From Macrostomum hystrix (lineage: Eukaryota > Animalia > Platyhelminthes), in contig CATNEN010000039.1 in NCBI GenBank assembly GCA_950097015.1, positions 9,610,001 through 9,674,000 on the forward strand: a stretch of DNA of 64,000 nucleotides, written 5' to 3'. Positions 13,041 to 25,321 of this stretch are shown here, piece by piece (positions within the stretch are counted from its first letter, which is position 1; each line of letters starts with the position of its first letter). Below the pieces are notes generated by a model. It was not told the origin of the DNA. It saw only the letters and a program-made list of their open reading frames with translations, and made no database searches. The translations under genes were made by a program, and so were the position numbers.

Positions 13041-13519
13041 CACAGGCCCCCCAAAATCCAATCCTCGGTATACCAATATCCCAAACCGACCTTGAAACTC
13101 TAGTTTTTTTTCTATTTCTAAAGAAGCTATACTCACTGAGTTGAGTTCGAGTCGGCCTTCCATTCAAAGCCTACTAGAATTTGTAAAATCTTTTCCACTC
13201 AATTTGCTTTCATTCGCTATCCACCCCTTGTGGGCGCGATTTTAGTTTGAGCAGCAACCGATCAATCAGACAGACAGTCTCACTGCTCAAGGCTCTTGGT
13301 GGGAGTGTCTGCTTTTAATTAGATTTATCAGCTCATCCTTCAGAGCCCCGGGGTCAATTCGCTACTGGTCCCTGCAAATCTGCCTCTTAATTTCCCTACA
13401 GAAGATTGCCTTTATTCTATATCGGTTAATTCTTCTATTAGTTGAAATCTAATTTCTGCAACACTTCTCTATGGTGAGAATCATTTATGCTAATATCAGT
13501 ATGAATCTATGATCAGCTA

Positions 13520-14280
13520 GTCTATGAACAATTAGTCTTAGCTAATCTATGACCAAATGAGTCCTAGCTAATCTATGACCAAATGAGTCCTAGCTAATCT
13601 ATGACCAAATGAGTCTTAGCTAATCTATGACCAAATGAGTCTCAGCTAATCTATGACCAAATGAGTCCTAGCTAATCTATGACCAAATGAGTCCTAGCTA
13701 ATCTATGACCAAATGAGTCCTAGCTAATCTATGACCAAATGAGTCCTGGCTAATCTATGACCAAATGAGTCCTGGCTAATCTATGACCAAATGAGTCTTA
13801 GCTAATCTATGACCAAATGAGTCCTAGCTAATCTATGACCAAATGAGTCCTAGCTAATCTATGACCAAATGAGTCTCAGCTAATGTATGACCAAATGAGT
13901 CTTAACTAATCTATGACCAAATGATCCAGTCTTAGCTAATCTATGAGCAAATGAGTCTTATCTAATCTATTACCAAATGAGTCTTAGCTAGTCTATGACC
14001 AAATGATCGAGTCTCAGCTAATCTATGACCAAATGATCCAGTCTTAGCTAATCTATGAGCAAATGAGTCTTATCTAATATATTACCAAATGAGTCTTAGC
14101 TAGTCTATGACCAAATGATCCAGTCTTAGCTAATCTATGAGCAAATGAGTCTTATCTAATCTATTACCAAATGAGTCTTAGCTAGTCTATGACCAAATGA
14201 TCCAGTCTTAGCTAATCTATGAGCAAATGAGTATTATCTAGTCTATGACCAAATGATCGAGTCTCAGCAAATTTATGACC
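13520..14280 (+). repeat. 26-bp minisatellite (AGCTAATCTATGACCAAATGAGTCCT) with an 82-bp higher-order repeat in its 3' part
   Basis: 26-bp periodicity; ATGATC variant units recur at 13921, 14003, 14033, 14115 and 14197. Confidence 0.9.
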
Positions 14281-15017
14281 AAAAAACGCCTTGTAGATCC
14301 TTCTAAGATATTATTAAAGTTTTTAGGTCACGAGAGCAGTCGAGGTCCTGGGTAAGCAATTCGCTTTGACTATGACCTATGACTTTTATATTTAAACAGA
14401 TAGCCTGGGACATTGGCATACAATGATGCATAAAGCCGCTAAAGAATGATTGATTTTGAAATCTATATTCCCCAGCATATTTTCTGCAAGCACCAGTTGA
14501 AATGAATTGGCAAACAAAGCTAAGGCTTCAAAACGAAGTAATAGTGAGTTTAGCACAGCTGAGCATTGAGACTCAAGGTCTCCAAGTCACACAAAGCCAG
14601 AGTTATACACTATTCTAAGCCACAAAGATCAAGGCTAACATTTACACAAGCGCCAGGTTCTGCTAATTTCTTAAAATGCCTGCCCACTAAAGTCTTTGAG
14701 ACACTGCGACCCGTTCGCGCCTTCTCACTGAAGCTTAAATGCCTTTGAGCTGTGGTCATGGCTAGAGCAAATATTCAGCTACAAAGGCTAAAGAACACAA
14801 AGATATGGTAGAGAGACAGAAAATGTTAGTGTAAAGTCTGTACGACAGTCTCAACTTTGTCTCCGACTTAAGTAAAACCCAGTGAAATATGTACACCTTT
14901 ATTAAATTGAGACGCTAAACTAAAGAGTTACGCGTGTCATACAGATACGCATATAGATGTACATGCATAGCACGTTGAAAAGTTAAAAGTTAACCATGAA
15001 AATATTGCTTGACACAA

Positions 15018-15286
15018 GGGATTGTAGCCTAGTTGGTTCGAGGGTCACGACTTGAAGGTCGGGGGTTCGATTCCCGACTCGTTTGGAACTGTTTATTTCC
15101 TTTAGCAAGACACTTTAAGTCTGCTTTGCTTCAGTTCACCCAGCTGTGAAACCAGCATTAGCTGAGGTAATTGAGGGTGGGTGTGGCGTCCACCCATGCA
15201 GTCCATGGACTGAACAGCCTTCAGCTGCGGCTGTGCTGTCGGCTGCACATCTGGCCCAATTGAGGAAGGTGTAATCAATTATTAAT
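15018..15286 (+). mobile_element. tRNA-derived CORE-type SINE
   Basis: A-box-like TAGCCTAGTTGG, B box GGTTCGATTCC, CORE-like CCTTTAGCAAGACACTTTAAG..TGCTTCAGTTCACCCAGCTGT, 3' stem-loop and AT-rich tail. Homologous to the copies at 60403 and 62495. Confidence 0.85.
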
Positions 15287-16377
15287 CTTTTTTTTAAACA
15301 AGAAATGTAAAGACAAAAGAAATTTTAACATCGAGTATCATTATAACAAAATCTCGGTTTTCAAGTCAACATCGCAGTTTTAATTTATTTTTTAATACTT
15401 TTCTACAGATTTTTAAGCTTGCAGTGGTAGAATATTTTAGGTGTAGTACAAAAAAGTACCAGAAAAAATTATTTTGATCTTTAGAATTGCAGAAATTTAT
15501 ATATACACATATAGCTGTACTTTATTTTGAGATTATACCCCGGGCTTCTAACTTATAATTCAGTTTTGTATTTTATTGTCTTGTCATCACTTAGAAAAAA
15601 AAGTTTTGTTTAAATCTGCTTCAGCGAAACTTAAATAACTATACCCACAAATAAAAGCTTTTTTACTGCTTTATTTACATTTTAAATATTCACCTAAAGT
15701 CAAAAGTTTGACAATAACGAGACTGTACAATAATTGTAAAGAACGTCGATCGTTTTTAGTTATTTTGGTTGTAATAAAAAAATAAGCTTTTCTATTAGTA
15801 CTTCTGGAAAACTTATAAGCCATTTTTGAACAAACACAAAAATGGAATATAATAATAATAAAGTGTGTTTATTTATCAAAATACGCTTTTAACAGAATGT
15901 GAAGCTTTTTCTTGAGTTCCTTTTCTTTGGATTGACATTATATAGACCTGAAATCCATGAAGTAATGGCAAATATAAATGGACTAGAAATAGTTTTAGTA
16001 ATAGCTATAAGAATAGGTTATCGGTACTTTAGTATTATATATGCTTGCAACTATTGAGGCAGCTATTTAATATATCGTCCACATTAATTATTAATATTTA
16101 ATTAGCAAGCTAGCATTAGGAACGGCACACGGGGTGTTAAAATTGCAAAACAGAGTATATCATTTTCGCTAGGCAAATGGAGAATTACCAATTGAAATGT
16201 TATCTTATTGAATCGAATAAAACTTTTAAACCTTCAAAGTGTGATTGGCTAAATTCAGTCACGTGATTTGGCTTTCATTTGGTTCCCCAATGAAAATTCT
16301 ATAAAATATTCATCCGAAAAACCGACTTTGTAAATTTACTTTGAAAGGCTTGTTTATACAATAAATCAGTAACATGG

Positions 16378-16525
16378 CACCTGACCTAATTAGGTCAGAG
16401 GTGCAGCCGAACTGAACTTTGAACTGGGGGGACGCCACACCACCCTTTATTATCCACCCTCAGTTACAATGGAGTCGGGAATCGAACCCCCGACGTTCAA
16501 GTCTCATTTAATGCTTAACTAGGTC
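16378..16525 (-). mobile_element. Internally deleted copy of the same CORE-type SINE
   Basis: Head GGAGTCGGGAATCGAACCCCCGACGTTCAAGTC and tail GGTCAGAGGTGCAGCCGA / GACGCCACAC match the other copies; CORE segment missing. Confidence 0.75.
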
Positions 16526-17137
16526 GATCGTTAAGTTTTGGGTTTCTACTTTGCCGCGTTCGTCAAATGGTTAGCGCGCCTGATGTGGTTTGAAATTATT
16601 TGTCAGTTGATTGACCGACTCGTTCCACGGCTTGGTTAGTTGTGCAAGCAAAGTCTACAGTAGTAAATGACTCGATTTAGCATACTAGTAATAAAATAGT
16701 TAGAAAGAAAGAACTCAAAAAAGTTGATAATTATCGCATCAGAAGAGAAGCAAAAATTTACAAATTTTATGAAAACGAACTCGAATTGCGAATTGTTAAT
16801 AAAACAGAATTCAAGGAAAACCACGCGGCCGCCCGATCTGGCAACAAAAATAATAAAAAGCTGACTAAAGCGTTGGATGTGTGTGTGGCGTTGTGGCTTT
16901 CGTGCCTGTGTGTAGTCATTGCTGATAGTTCTACTTGCATCTGTTCTCATTGTTAAAGTACGAGTATATAGACTCTTTAGAAGTATGTGTACGTCTATAT
17001 GTACAGCTATTTCGTGTGCAATAGTTAAGCGAAAAATCGATAAAAAGGGTGGGCTGCGGAGTGAGGCGGATGTCGCCTCGGGGCTGAGGACTGGAGAGTG
17101 GCGGAGTGAGGTGGGTTCTCTTGGGGTTGAGAGCCAA

Positions 17138-17220
17138 TCAGACGAGGCTGCCACCCGCGTCTTCCATGATCATGTGCTGTGGTGGCGGCTTAGACCTATG
17201 GCCTAGAGTCTGATAAGAGA

Positions 17221-17252
<32 letters not shown>

Positions 17253-17626
17253 ATGGGTGCCGGCAGCGGCCTCGCTTGCCTTTGGAGGGTCATCGACCTG
17301 CCGTCTCCAACGAAGCTGCGTCCGATCGGCGCGCCGGGATGGCTACCTACGCCGCCGCCGTTGCCGCCGCCACTGCCGACGGGAAAGTCCAAACCCAGTA
17401 GGGAGGATGTCTGCGGCTGGTGCTGCAGCTGGTGCTGCTGATGGTGATGCAGCATGAACTGGTGCGGCCCGCCGGAGAGGGCGCTGGAGCCGCTGTAGTG
17501 AGCGCCCGTCGGCGGCCGGGTGTTGTTGCTGTTGGAGACGCTGCCACCGTTGCCGCTGTCACCGTCCGACTCGGGCACGCTGTCCGACTGTTCGTCCACC
17601 AGCTTTGCTGAGGCTGCCGCCTGGTG
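17138..17626 (-). CDS. Protocadherin terminal coding exon (cytoplasmic tail)
   Basis: Acceptor ccctccattccctcag|CAC (phase 0) matches the exon-2 donor. Encodes a DSGNGGS motif resembling the protocadherin cytoplasmic DSGxGxS motif, a His/Gln-rich tract, Q10 and C-terminal GSLV; TGA at 17140-17138. The three exons sum to 3159 nt (1052 aa + stop). Confidence 0.8.
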
Positions 17627-19282
17627 CTGAGGGAATGGAGGGTCGGCGTACTTTAGTGCTTTCGCGTGCATAGAATCGGAATAGATTCTGAACTGACAAT
17701 TAAGAGACTCTGAGAATATGATAGAGTGGACATGCAGGCAAAAACACGGATTTCGGATGCCGAACAAAGGAGTTGTTTCAGGTGAAGAGGCCATTCCAGT
17801 AGTTTTTATTCCACTCATTTTTTTCCACTTGACTTCTTTGCTAATAACTGTCTGACTGCATCGGTGCTTCCAATTCGGATTAAACCCCTTATCTAGGAAA
17901 CAATGGCCTTGTTATGCGGCGGTTCATCAATCTTCCAGCTATAGAGCAAAAGCTGACTAACTGACAAAGTGAACCGCCGTGTGTCCCACATGCCAGCCTG
18001 AAGTGAGGCTTGACAAAGTGGAGACCGGGAGACGACCATCATGCTTGCAGGCCCACTCATGCGACAATAAAATGAACAACAATGATGGCCATCTGATTTT
18101 GGGGATAAATTTCCTTCCCTGTCCCTCTCCGCAGCTTCCCATTAAATAACAGCTCCCGTGGATATTAGCTACCCATGGGCATCAAAGTTTCTCCCTGACC
18201 CGGTGCGGCTTGCAGGTGATGCAATCTACCTAATTGGCTGGTGATTCTGCTTCTGCCATCAGAAGCAGAATTACAACAACAACAATAAATTATTAACAAT
18301 GATCCGACATCAAAGGCGAGGACAGTCATTGAGCTGCCATCCGCGTCGCCAGTTTCGGATGACATCAATGCCATTTCTCCCAGTCTGAAGGAAGTTGAAT
18401 TAAAAAAACACAGAACAAGAAGCGAAACACTGGGGACAAAAAGCAGCGCAACAGTTTGCTTTGTCTAAAACAGCCCCGGCTGTCCGTCATCTCGCTTTGC
18501 TTTGTCCGTGACTGTCTGTCTAAATCATATTCTAAAGTATTATTTCCCGAGTGTAGTATATTATACAATGTGACTTTACAATAGACTCGCGGAGTCCAAT
18601 TTTTTAGCATACCGCCCCTCAGAGACAGGATTCTGCATCTCGCCTGTATCCACTTCTCCTAACTAAAAATACAACAGCCCGCACACACACACACTGACAT
18701 TACTACGCGTAGGGGTCCCGCAGCTCCGTGAAGAGGGACCCGGCCTCATCCACTGCCATTAAATGATGCATGATGCAGAACGCTATGAGCACGCAGAGAC
18801 ACTAGAATACACCGATTCTCCCCAGTCTCTCTCCTAGAGTTTCTCTAGCTCAGGTGGTCACGGCGGGTTTGGGTGGGAGTGTTGAGTCCTTCTTTTTCAT
18901 CCAGTCTGTCCCCTGTTTTGTCTCCTCCCTTCTGCACCAGCTCTCTATTCTCCCAGTCCGTCTGGCATTGTCTTTCCCAGCTCCCCCGTGTCCTCACTTC
19001 CCCTCATGGGAGCCTTGCGATTCAATTCTGTTGCAGTTTTCTAACTAGACTATCATCACAACCGGCTTTGGAGAGAGCTGCCGGATGCTGACTGGCAGAC
19101 TTTGAGGATCCACAGATAGAGCTGGGAAGACTGTGCTATTAGCTTCCCAACCAGCACCCCACAACTAAAAAATCTCCCAAAACCCCAGACCCACAGCCAA
19201 CCGAGATTGACAGTTACTTCAAAGGATGCACAGTGTGTCGTATTATTTATTCATTTTTCCATCGCAGCTTGTTGCTCTAAGC

Positions 19283-20688
19283 CAGAGGTCTGCAAACTTA
19301 TTAGCGTGCAGGCCACGGAGAGAAACTAAAAGACAACAGCGGGCCGCATTGACTGTAGGAATTTGAGAAAGGGGAGAGATGAAACACATTACAGATGAGA
19401 CAGGGGAGAGATAGGATAGAGAAAAGATGAGACAGGGAAGAGATGAGTCAGGGGAGAGATGAGACAGGGGAGAGATGAGAGAGGGGAGAGATGAGACAGG
19501 GGAGAGATGAGGCAGGGGAGAGATGAGGCAGGGGAGAGATGAGGCAGGGGAGTGAGAGGCAGGGGAGATATGAGACAGGGGAGTGATGAGGCAGGGGAGA
19601 GATGAGGCAGGGGAGAGATGAGGCAGGGGAGAGATGAGGCAGGGGAGATATGAGACAGGGGAGTGAGAGGCAGGGGAGATATGAGACAGGGGAGTGATGA
19701 GGCAGGGGAGAGATGAGACAGGGGAGAGATGAGACAGGGGAGAGATGAGACAGGGGAGAGATGAGACAGGGGAGAGATGAGACAGGGGAGAGATGAGACA
19801 GAGGAGAGATGAGACAGGGGAGAGATGAGACAGGGGAGAGATGAGACAGGGGAGAGATGAGACAGGGGAGAGATGAGACAGGGGAGAGATGAGACAGGGG
19901 AGAGATGAGACAGGGGAGAGATGAGACAGGGGAGAGATGAGACAGGGGAGAGATGAGACAGAGGAGAGATGAGACAGGGGAGAGATGAGACAGGGGAGAG
20001 ATGAGACAGGGGAGAGATGAGACAGGGGAGAGATGAGGCAGGGGAGAGATGAGGCAGGGGAGAGATGAGGCAGGGGAGTGAGAGGCAGGGGAGATATGAG
20101 ACAGGGGAGTGATGAGGCAGGGGAGAGATGAGACAGGGGAGAGATGAGACAGGGGAGAGATGAGACAGGGGAGAGATGAGACAGGGGAGAGATGAGACAG
20201 GGGAGAGATGAGACAGAGGAGAGATGAGACAGGGGAGAGATGAGACAGGGGAGAGATGAGACAGGGGAGAGATGAGGCAGGGGAGATATGAGACAGGGGA
20301 GTGATGAGGCAGGGGAGAGATGAGGCAGGGGAGAGATGAGGCAGGGGAGAGATGAGGCAGGGGAGAGATGAGACAGGGGAGGGAGAGGCAGGGGAGATAT
20401 AAGACAGGGGAGTGATGAGGCAGGGGAGAGATGAGACAGGGGAGAGATGAGACAGAGGAGAGATGAGACAGGGGAGAGATGAGACAGGGGAGAGATGAGA
20501 CAGGGGAGAGATGAGACAGGGGAGAGATGAGACAGGGGAGAGATGAGGCAGGGGAGAGATGAGGCAGGGGAGAGATGAGGCAGGGGAGAGATGAGACAGG
20601 ATACTGTAGGTGTTGGAAGGGGCACGGGCCGGATTTGGGAGTTTCAAGGGCCGCATCTGGCCTGCGGGCCGGATTTCGCCGACCCCTG
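19283..20688 (+). mobile_element. Non-autonomous hAT (Charlie/Buster-like) MITE carrying an internal 16-bp minisatellite
   Basis: Imperfect TIRs: left CAGAGGTCTGCAAAC, right (reverse complement) CAGGGGTCGGCGAAA. 8-bp TSD CTCTAAGC (19275-19282) / CTCTACGC (20689-20696) with central TA. Subterminal GGGCCGCA and GCGGGCCGGATTT motifs are typical of Charlie-derived MITEs. No transposase. Confidence 0.85.
19370..20600 (+). repeat. 16-bp minisatellite (GAGATGAGACAGGGGA) inside the hAT MITE
   Basis: Direct periodicity of 16. Confidence 0.97.
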
Positions 20689-21457
20689 CTCTACGCTAAT
20701 TCGAGTTCCGCGGATTCGAGCTCAGGTACCGCGAAGCGACACTCGGGGCTGTGTTATCGCTTCGCACTGAGCACTAGCTTTGAGTAAAATTTCTGCACCA
20801 ACAAACTAGCATTTTCCCTAAATTGCATGCCCTAATGAGCCAGACTGACATTGCACGCTCCACTCCCCTTCTCATCTTGTTGGAATCCCAATATTTATTG
20901 CAGAAAAAATTTATCCCCTAATAATCCAAAATTTTTCTATTTTTCTCTCCTCATTGCATTCAATTCCAACTCGCAGCTGAAGTGAAAAAGTGTTTTGCTG
21001 GCTTGCCCCTCCTGCACGGGTCGCTAAAATTTTCATTTGCGAATTCATTTTCCCTAGTTTCTCAGAACCGTGATATGAGTGTCTTGTTGCGAGGACAAGC
21101 AGTCAGTGTTGACATGTGTCTGACGCTTATGAGAAGTTGAAGCGGGCAAGACTGAACCGGGAGCCAACCCACTTGAGTGGTGATTATTATTACAATTTAC
21201 AATGGCGTCCTTGTTCCCGTGTGTGACCCCCATCCCGTTAGGTTTGTTAATAATCTGTCCCACAGCTCATAGCTATCATTGTCAGTGCAGGAGCAGTTTA
21301 GAAGGGCCCTTGAGGGGCCAAATAATGCACCCATTAGAACTGTAATAAAGAAAATATTGAATGAAAAAAAGAACGAATTTATTTGGGAAAAATGAATTCC
21401 ATGTCTTCGGAGCTATTGTGGAGAGGTGTTAAATGAAAGCTTTATTAGAATGGCAAA

Positions 21458-21671
21458 TTTCTCAATTTCAACGCTGTGGTGTGTACATCAGCCTTGACTT
21501 TCTCAATTTCAACGCGGTGGTGTGTACATCAGCCTTGACTTTCTCAATTTCAACGCGGTCGTGTGTACATCAGCCTTGACTTTCTCAATTTCAACGCGGT
21601 GGTGTGTACATCAGCCTTGACTTTCTCAATTTCAACGCGGTGGTGTGTACATCAGCCTTGACTTTCTCAAT
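21458..21671 (+). repeat. 41-bp tandem repeat, ~5 copies
   Basis: TTTCTCAATTTCAACGCGGTGGTGTGTACATCAGCCTTGAC starting at 21458, 21499, 21540, 21581 and 21622. Confidence 0.95.
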
Positions 21672-22162
21672 CGTGGCCTTCACGGCTCCTTAGTTTAATG
21701 GAGTTCAATTTTAATCATTCATGGAACAATTTTTTTAAGTCTTCATTACTCATGCATGCTTCGTGTGTCACATATTGCCTCGGTGTAAGCTCACATAGCC
21801 TGCTAATTTTCTACCTGGGTCGGTATGTGGTGGATTAAGCTGAATTCGGCAATCTAGCATCTAATCAGTTTAATTGCTCAACTGAGTTAAGACAAAAACA
21901 CACGAGAGGGGAAGCCTCAATAATCAAAGGTTTCTGCTAGTCAAACCCGCCGGGCACACAACAGATGTCTAGCGCTTGGGATCTTAACGAAATCTTGTGA
22001 AATCCCCAATTTCAGAACAATGGGGGGCGGCGGCTTGGGTCCCTACTCACATCTGCTCGAGTTTGAGCACTCAGTGGGATCTAATTAATCCTTGGGATTA
22101 AGCGACACCAGCCCGTGTTCTTTGTTGGCTTTTTCGAGTTTTTCGAGAATTAAAATAAACCG

Positions 22163-23052
22163 CACCTATGATTGTAGTTTAACCTCTGTGCTCAGTCTCC
22201 TACTGGCCTCTATGGTCCACATCTAGTCTCATCTGTTCACATCTCTAGTCTCACCTATGATTGTAGTTTAACCTCTGTGCTCAGTCTCCTACTGGCCTCT
22301 ATGGTCCACATCTAGTCTCATCTGTTCACATCTCTAGTCTCACCTATGATTGTAGTTTAACCTCTGTGCTCAGTCTCCTACTGGCCTCTATGGTCCACAT
22401 CTAGTCTCATCTGTTCACATCTCTAGTCTCACCTATGATTGTAGTTTAACCTCTGTGCTCAGTCTCCTACTGGCCTCTATGGTCCACATCTAGTCTCATC
22501 TGTTCACATCTCTAGTCTCACCTATGATTGTAGTTTAACCTCTGTGCTCAGTCTCCTACTGGCCTCTATGGTCCACATCTAGTCTCATCTGTTCACATCT
22601 CTAGTCTCACCTATGATTGTAGTTTAACCTCTGTGCTCAGTCTCCTACTGGCCTCTATGGTCCACATCTAGTCTCATCTGTTCACATCTCTAGTCTCACC
22701 TATGATTGTAGTTTAACCTCTGTGCTCAGTCTCCTACTGGCCTCTATGGTCCACATCTAGTCTCATCTGTTCACATCTCTAGTCTCACCTATGATTGTAG
22801 TTTAACCTCTGTGCTCAGTCTCCTACTGGCCTCTATGGTCCACATCTAGTCTCATCTGTTCACATCTCTAGTCTCACCTATGATTGTAGTTTAACCTCTG
22901 TGCTCAGTCTCCTACTGGCCTCTATGGTCCACATCTAGTCTCATCTGTTCACATCTCTAGTCTCACCTATGATTGTAGTTTAACCTCTGTGCTCAGTCTC
23001 CTACTGGCCTCTATGGTCCACATCTAGTCTCATCTGTTCACATCTCTAGTCT
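22163..23052 (+). repeat. 89-bp tandem repeat, 10 apparently identical copies
   Basis: Unit starts CACCTATGATTG at 22163, 22252 ... 22964. Confidence 0.97.
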
Positions 23053-23620
23053 CATCTGTTCACATCTCTAGTCTCATCTAATCACATCTCTAGTCTCATC
23101 TAATCACATCTCTAGTCTCATCTGTTCACATCTCTAGTCTCATCTAATCACATCTCTAGTCTCATCTAATCACATCTCTAGTCTCATCTAATCACATCTC
23201 TAGTCTCATCTAATCACATCTCTAGTCTCATCTAATCACATCTCTAGTCTCATCTGTTCACATCTCTAGTCTCATCTGTTCACATCTCTAGTCTCATCTA
23301 ATCACATCTCTAGTCTCATCTAATCACATCTCTAGTCTCATCTAATCACATATAGTCTCATATGTTCACATCTCTAGTCTCATCTAATCACATCTCTAGT
23401 CTCATCTAATCACATCTCTAGTCTCATCTAATCACATCTAGTCTCATCTGTTCACATCTCTAGTCTCATCTAATCACATCTCTAGTCTCATCTAATCACA
23501 TCTCTAGTCTCATCTAATCACATATAGTCTCATATGTTCACATCTCTAGTCTCATCTAATCACATCTCTAGTCTCATCTAATCACATCTCTAGTCTCATC
23601 TAATCACATATAGTCTCACC
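23053..23620 (+). repeat. 22-bp minisatellite (CATCT[GT/AA]TCACATCTCTAGTCT)
   Basis: Unit equals the last 22 bp of the adjacent 89-bp unit. Confidence 0.93.
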
Positions 23621-24161
23621 TAATTACGTACATGATCTTATCCTACGGGAATATTTCTGTTTTGTTTCTTAAGTTTCCACTCTAAAAGCCGCGTTGAGAA
23701 TTTTCACCTGGTCAACACTGCGCCGCATTCTCTCAGGTAAGTGCATTCAATTTCTGCCGGCAATTCAGCTGATCTTGAGAAAAGAAGACAATTTGTAAGT
23801 CTTGGGATAAATTTCCCAACGGGCTGACCCCGGGAAATCTTTCTGTGTCCCCCTAATCCTAAGCAGTTCTCGCCTAGTTAGTCGGAGCTGTCCACTTAAT
23901 GTTAATCCTACACTTGAGTCAATTCAGCTGCTGCTGCTGCTGCCAGCCGAAAGCAAGCGAGAGCTACAATCACGCGAAGCCTATTTTCATTACTATCTAT
24001 TCCTAGAAAATAATGTAAAAAATGTAACAAATTATGCATGCAAAATCTTGGCAGCATGCGAACTGATTCGATCTCAATAGTGCTTATGTTATGCAATAGA
24101 TTTCTAAGAATCGCGTGCTCGGATCAGACTGAATTGTTGAAAATGCAAATGGCTTACTCAC

Positions 24162-24355
24162 CGGCTGCAGAAACGTGTCCAATTTCTGCTGCCCGAATCT
24201 GGTGTCATAGTCGCGATCGACTAGCGGCAAACTGTAGCTGCCGCCTCCGCCTCCGAAGCCGCCTCCGCCTTGGTTGGCCTTCACAATGCCCGCCGATTCC
24301 AGCGGGACAGCGGCCGACTTGTGCCCGCCGGATCTCGGTGACGCCTGGACCAGCT
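24162..24355 (-). CDS. Protocadherin coding exon 2 (cytoplasmic, Gly-rich)
   Basis: GC-rich island within ORF 24084..24392. Acceptor ccgacag|AG (phase 1, CTCAC branch-like motif ~30 nt upstream) matches the exon-1 donor. Donor CCG|GTGAGT (phase 0). 194 nt encoding ELVQASPRSGG...KLDTFLQP. The acceptor has a weak polypyrimidine tract. Confidence 0.7.
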
Positions 24356-25321
24356 CTGTCGGTGGGCGGTTTTTGAGCAACAGTGAGACCACGGGGTATA
24401 TTTTAGATGCTCAGATTTTTAAATTGAACTGAAATCTGGGAGCAACGAGAGAAAAACTAAATATCAATCGCAGCTCGCAAAATCACCCCCTCCCCTCCCA
24501 TGGAATTAGCGGCGGCTTGCGGCACACACACCAGATCCTCATTAACATAATTTCTCGCTTTCCCATTAGCATAATTATTTTCAGCCGAGTCTAGCCGATC
24601 AGAAGCAATCGATCTGCCCAGTTGACTCTGAGATAGCTTGCAAACTCAAATTCTGCGTCACTTTCCCCTTTAGATGGGGAAAACTTTCCCCAAAAAGCCA
24701 TTTCTTTTCCATGCATGCTCATCAACATGGAAGCCTTCCCAAAATGAAAAATCCCCATGGGGAAAGTCGGTTTGTGGCGGCTTCCGTTTCTTGCGCCTCC
24801 CCCCCCCCCGAGCGAAGATGACGTATAGGAGGTCTGGCAATTTTCCAATAATGCCATCTTGATATCTCTGGATCAGCCCCATCACAGGTCCCCGCGGTGT
24901 TGACACCGCTAGACTCAATATCTGCTATCTTCCTGTGCTCAATTGAAAAACTGGAGCTGGCTCTGCAGCTGGAGGCGCTCCTCCTAAGCTTTTTGGGATT
25001 TATTTTCGGCGAAACCATGCACTGGCCTCTATTCCCCACAAACCCGCCGTTTCGTAATGAACTAAATTGGCTTTTCCTGGAATGGGAAAATAATTTGAAA
25101 CGCGCTGGACTAGATCTTCCGCGGCTTTATCGCTGCTCTATTCTGATTTGGGTTATCATTCCAAGTTTGAGCTGCAGTCTCGATTTCCTCTGCAGCGTCC
25201 CAATTCTTCTCCTTTCATTTTCCCTTCTCTCCCTTCTCCATTTCATTTTTCTTCTTAACACTATAGTATCTTTACATACTTATCTCTCCTCTTCTAAGGG
25301 TTTGTCTTTCTTATAGGATTT

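Noticed and set aside
16555-16632. tRNA-like 5' half GCCGCGTTCGTCAAATGGTTAGCGCGCCTGA
   Set aside because: No intact B box or cloverleaf; at most a decayed SINE head, too weak to call.
19243-20656. 400-460-aa ORFs here and similar ones at 1268-2165, 27835-28903, 44164-45193 and 55625-56758
   Set aside because: Translations of tandem arrays with multiple frames open.
24430-24440. Stronger polypyrimidine acceptors upstream of exon 2
   Set aside because: Both give in-frame TAA stops within a few codons when joined to exon 1; the acceptor at 24356 keeps the frame.
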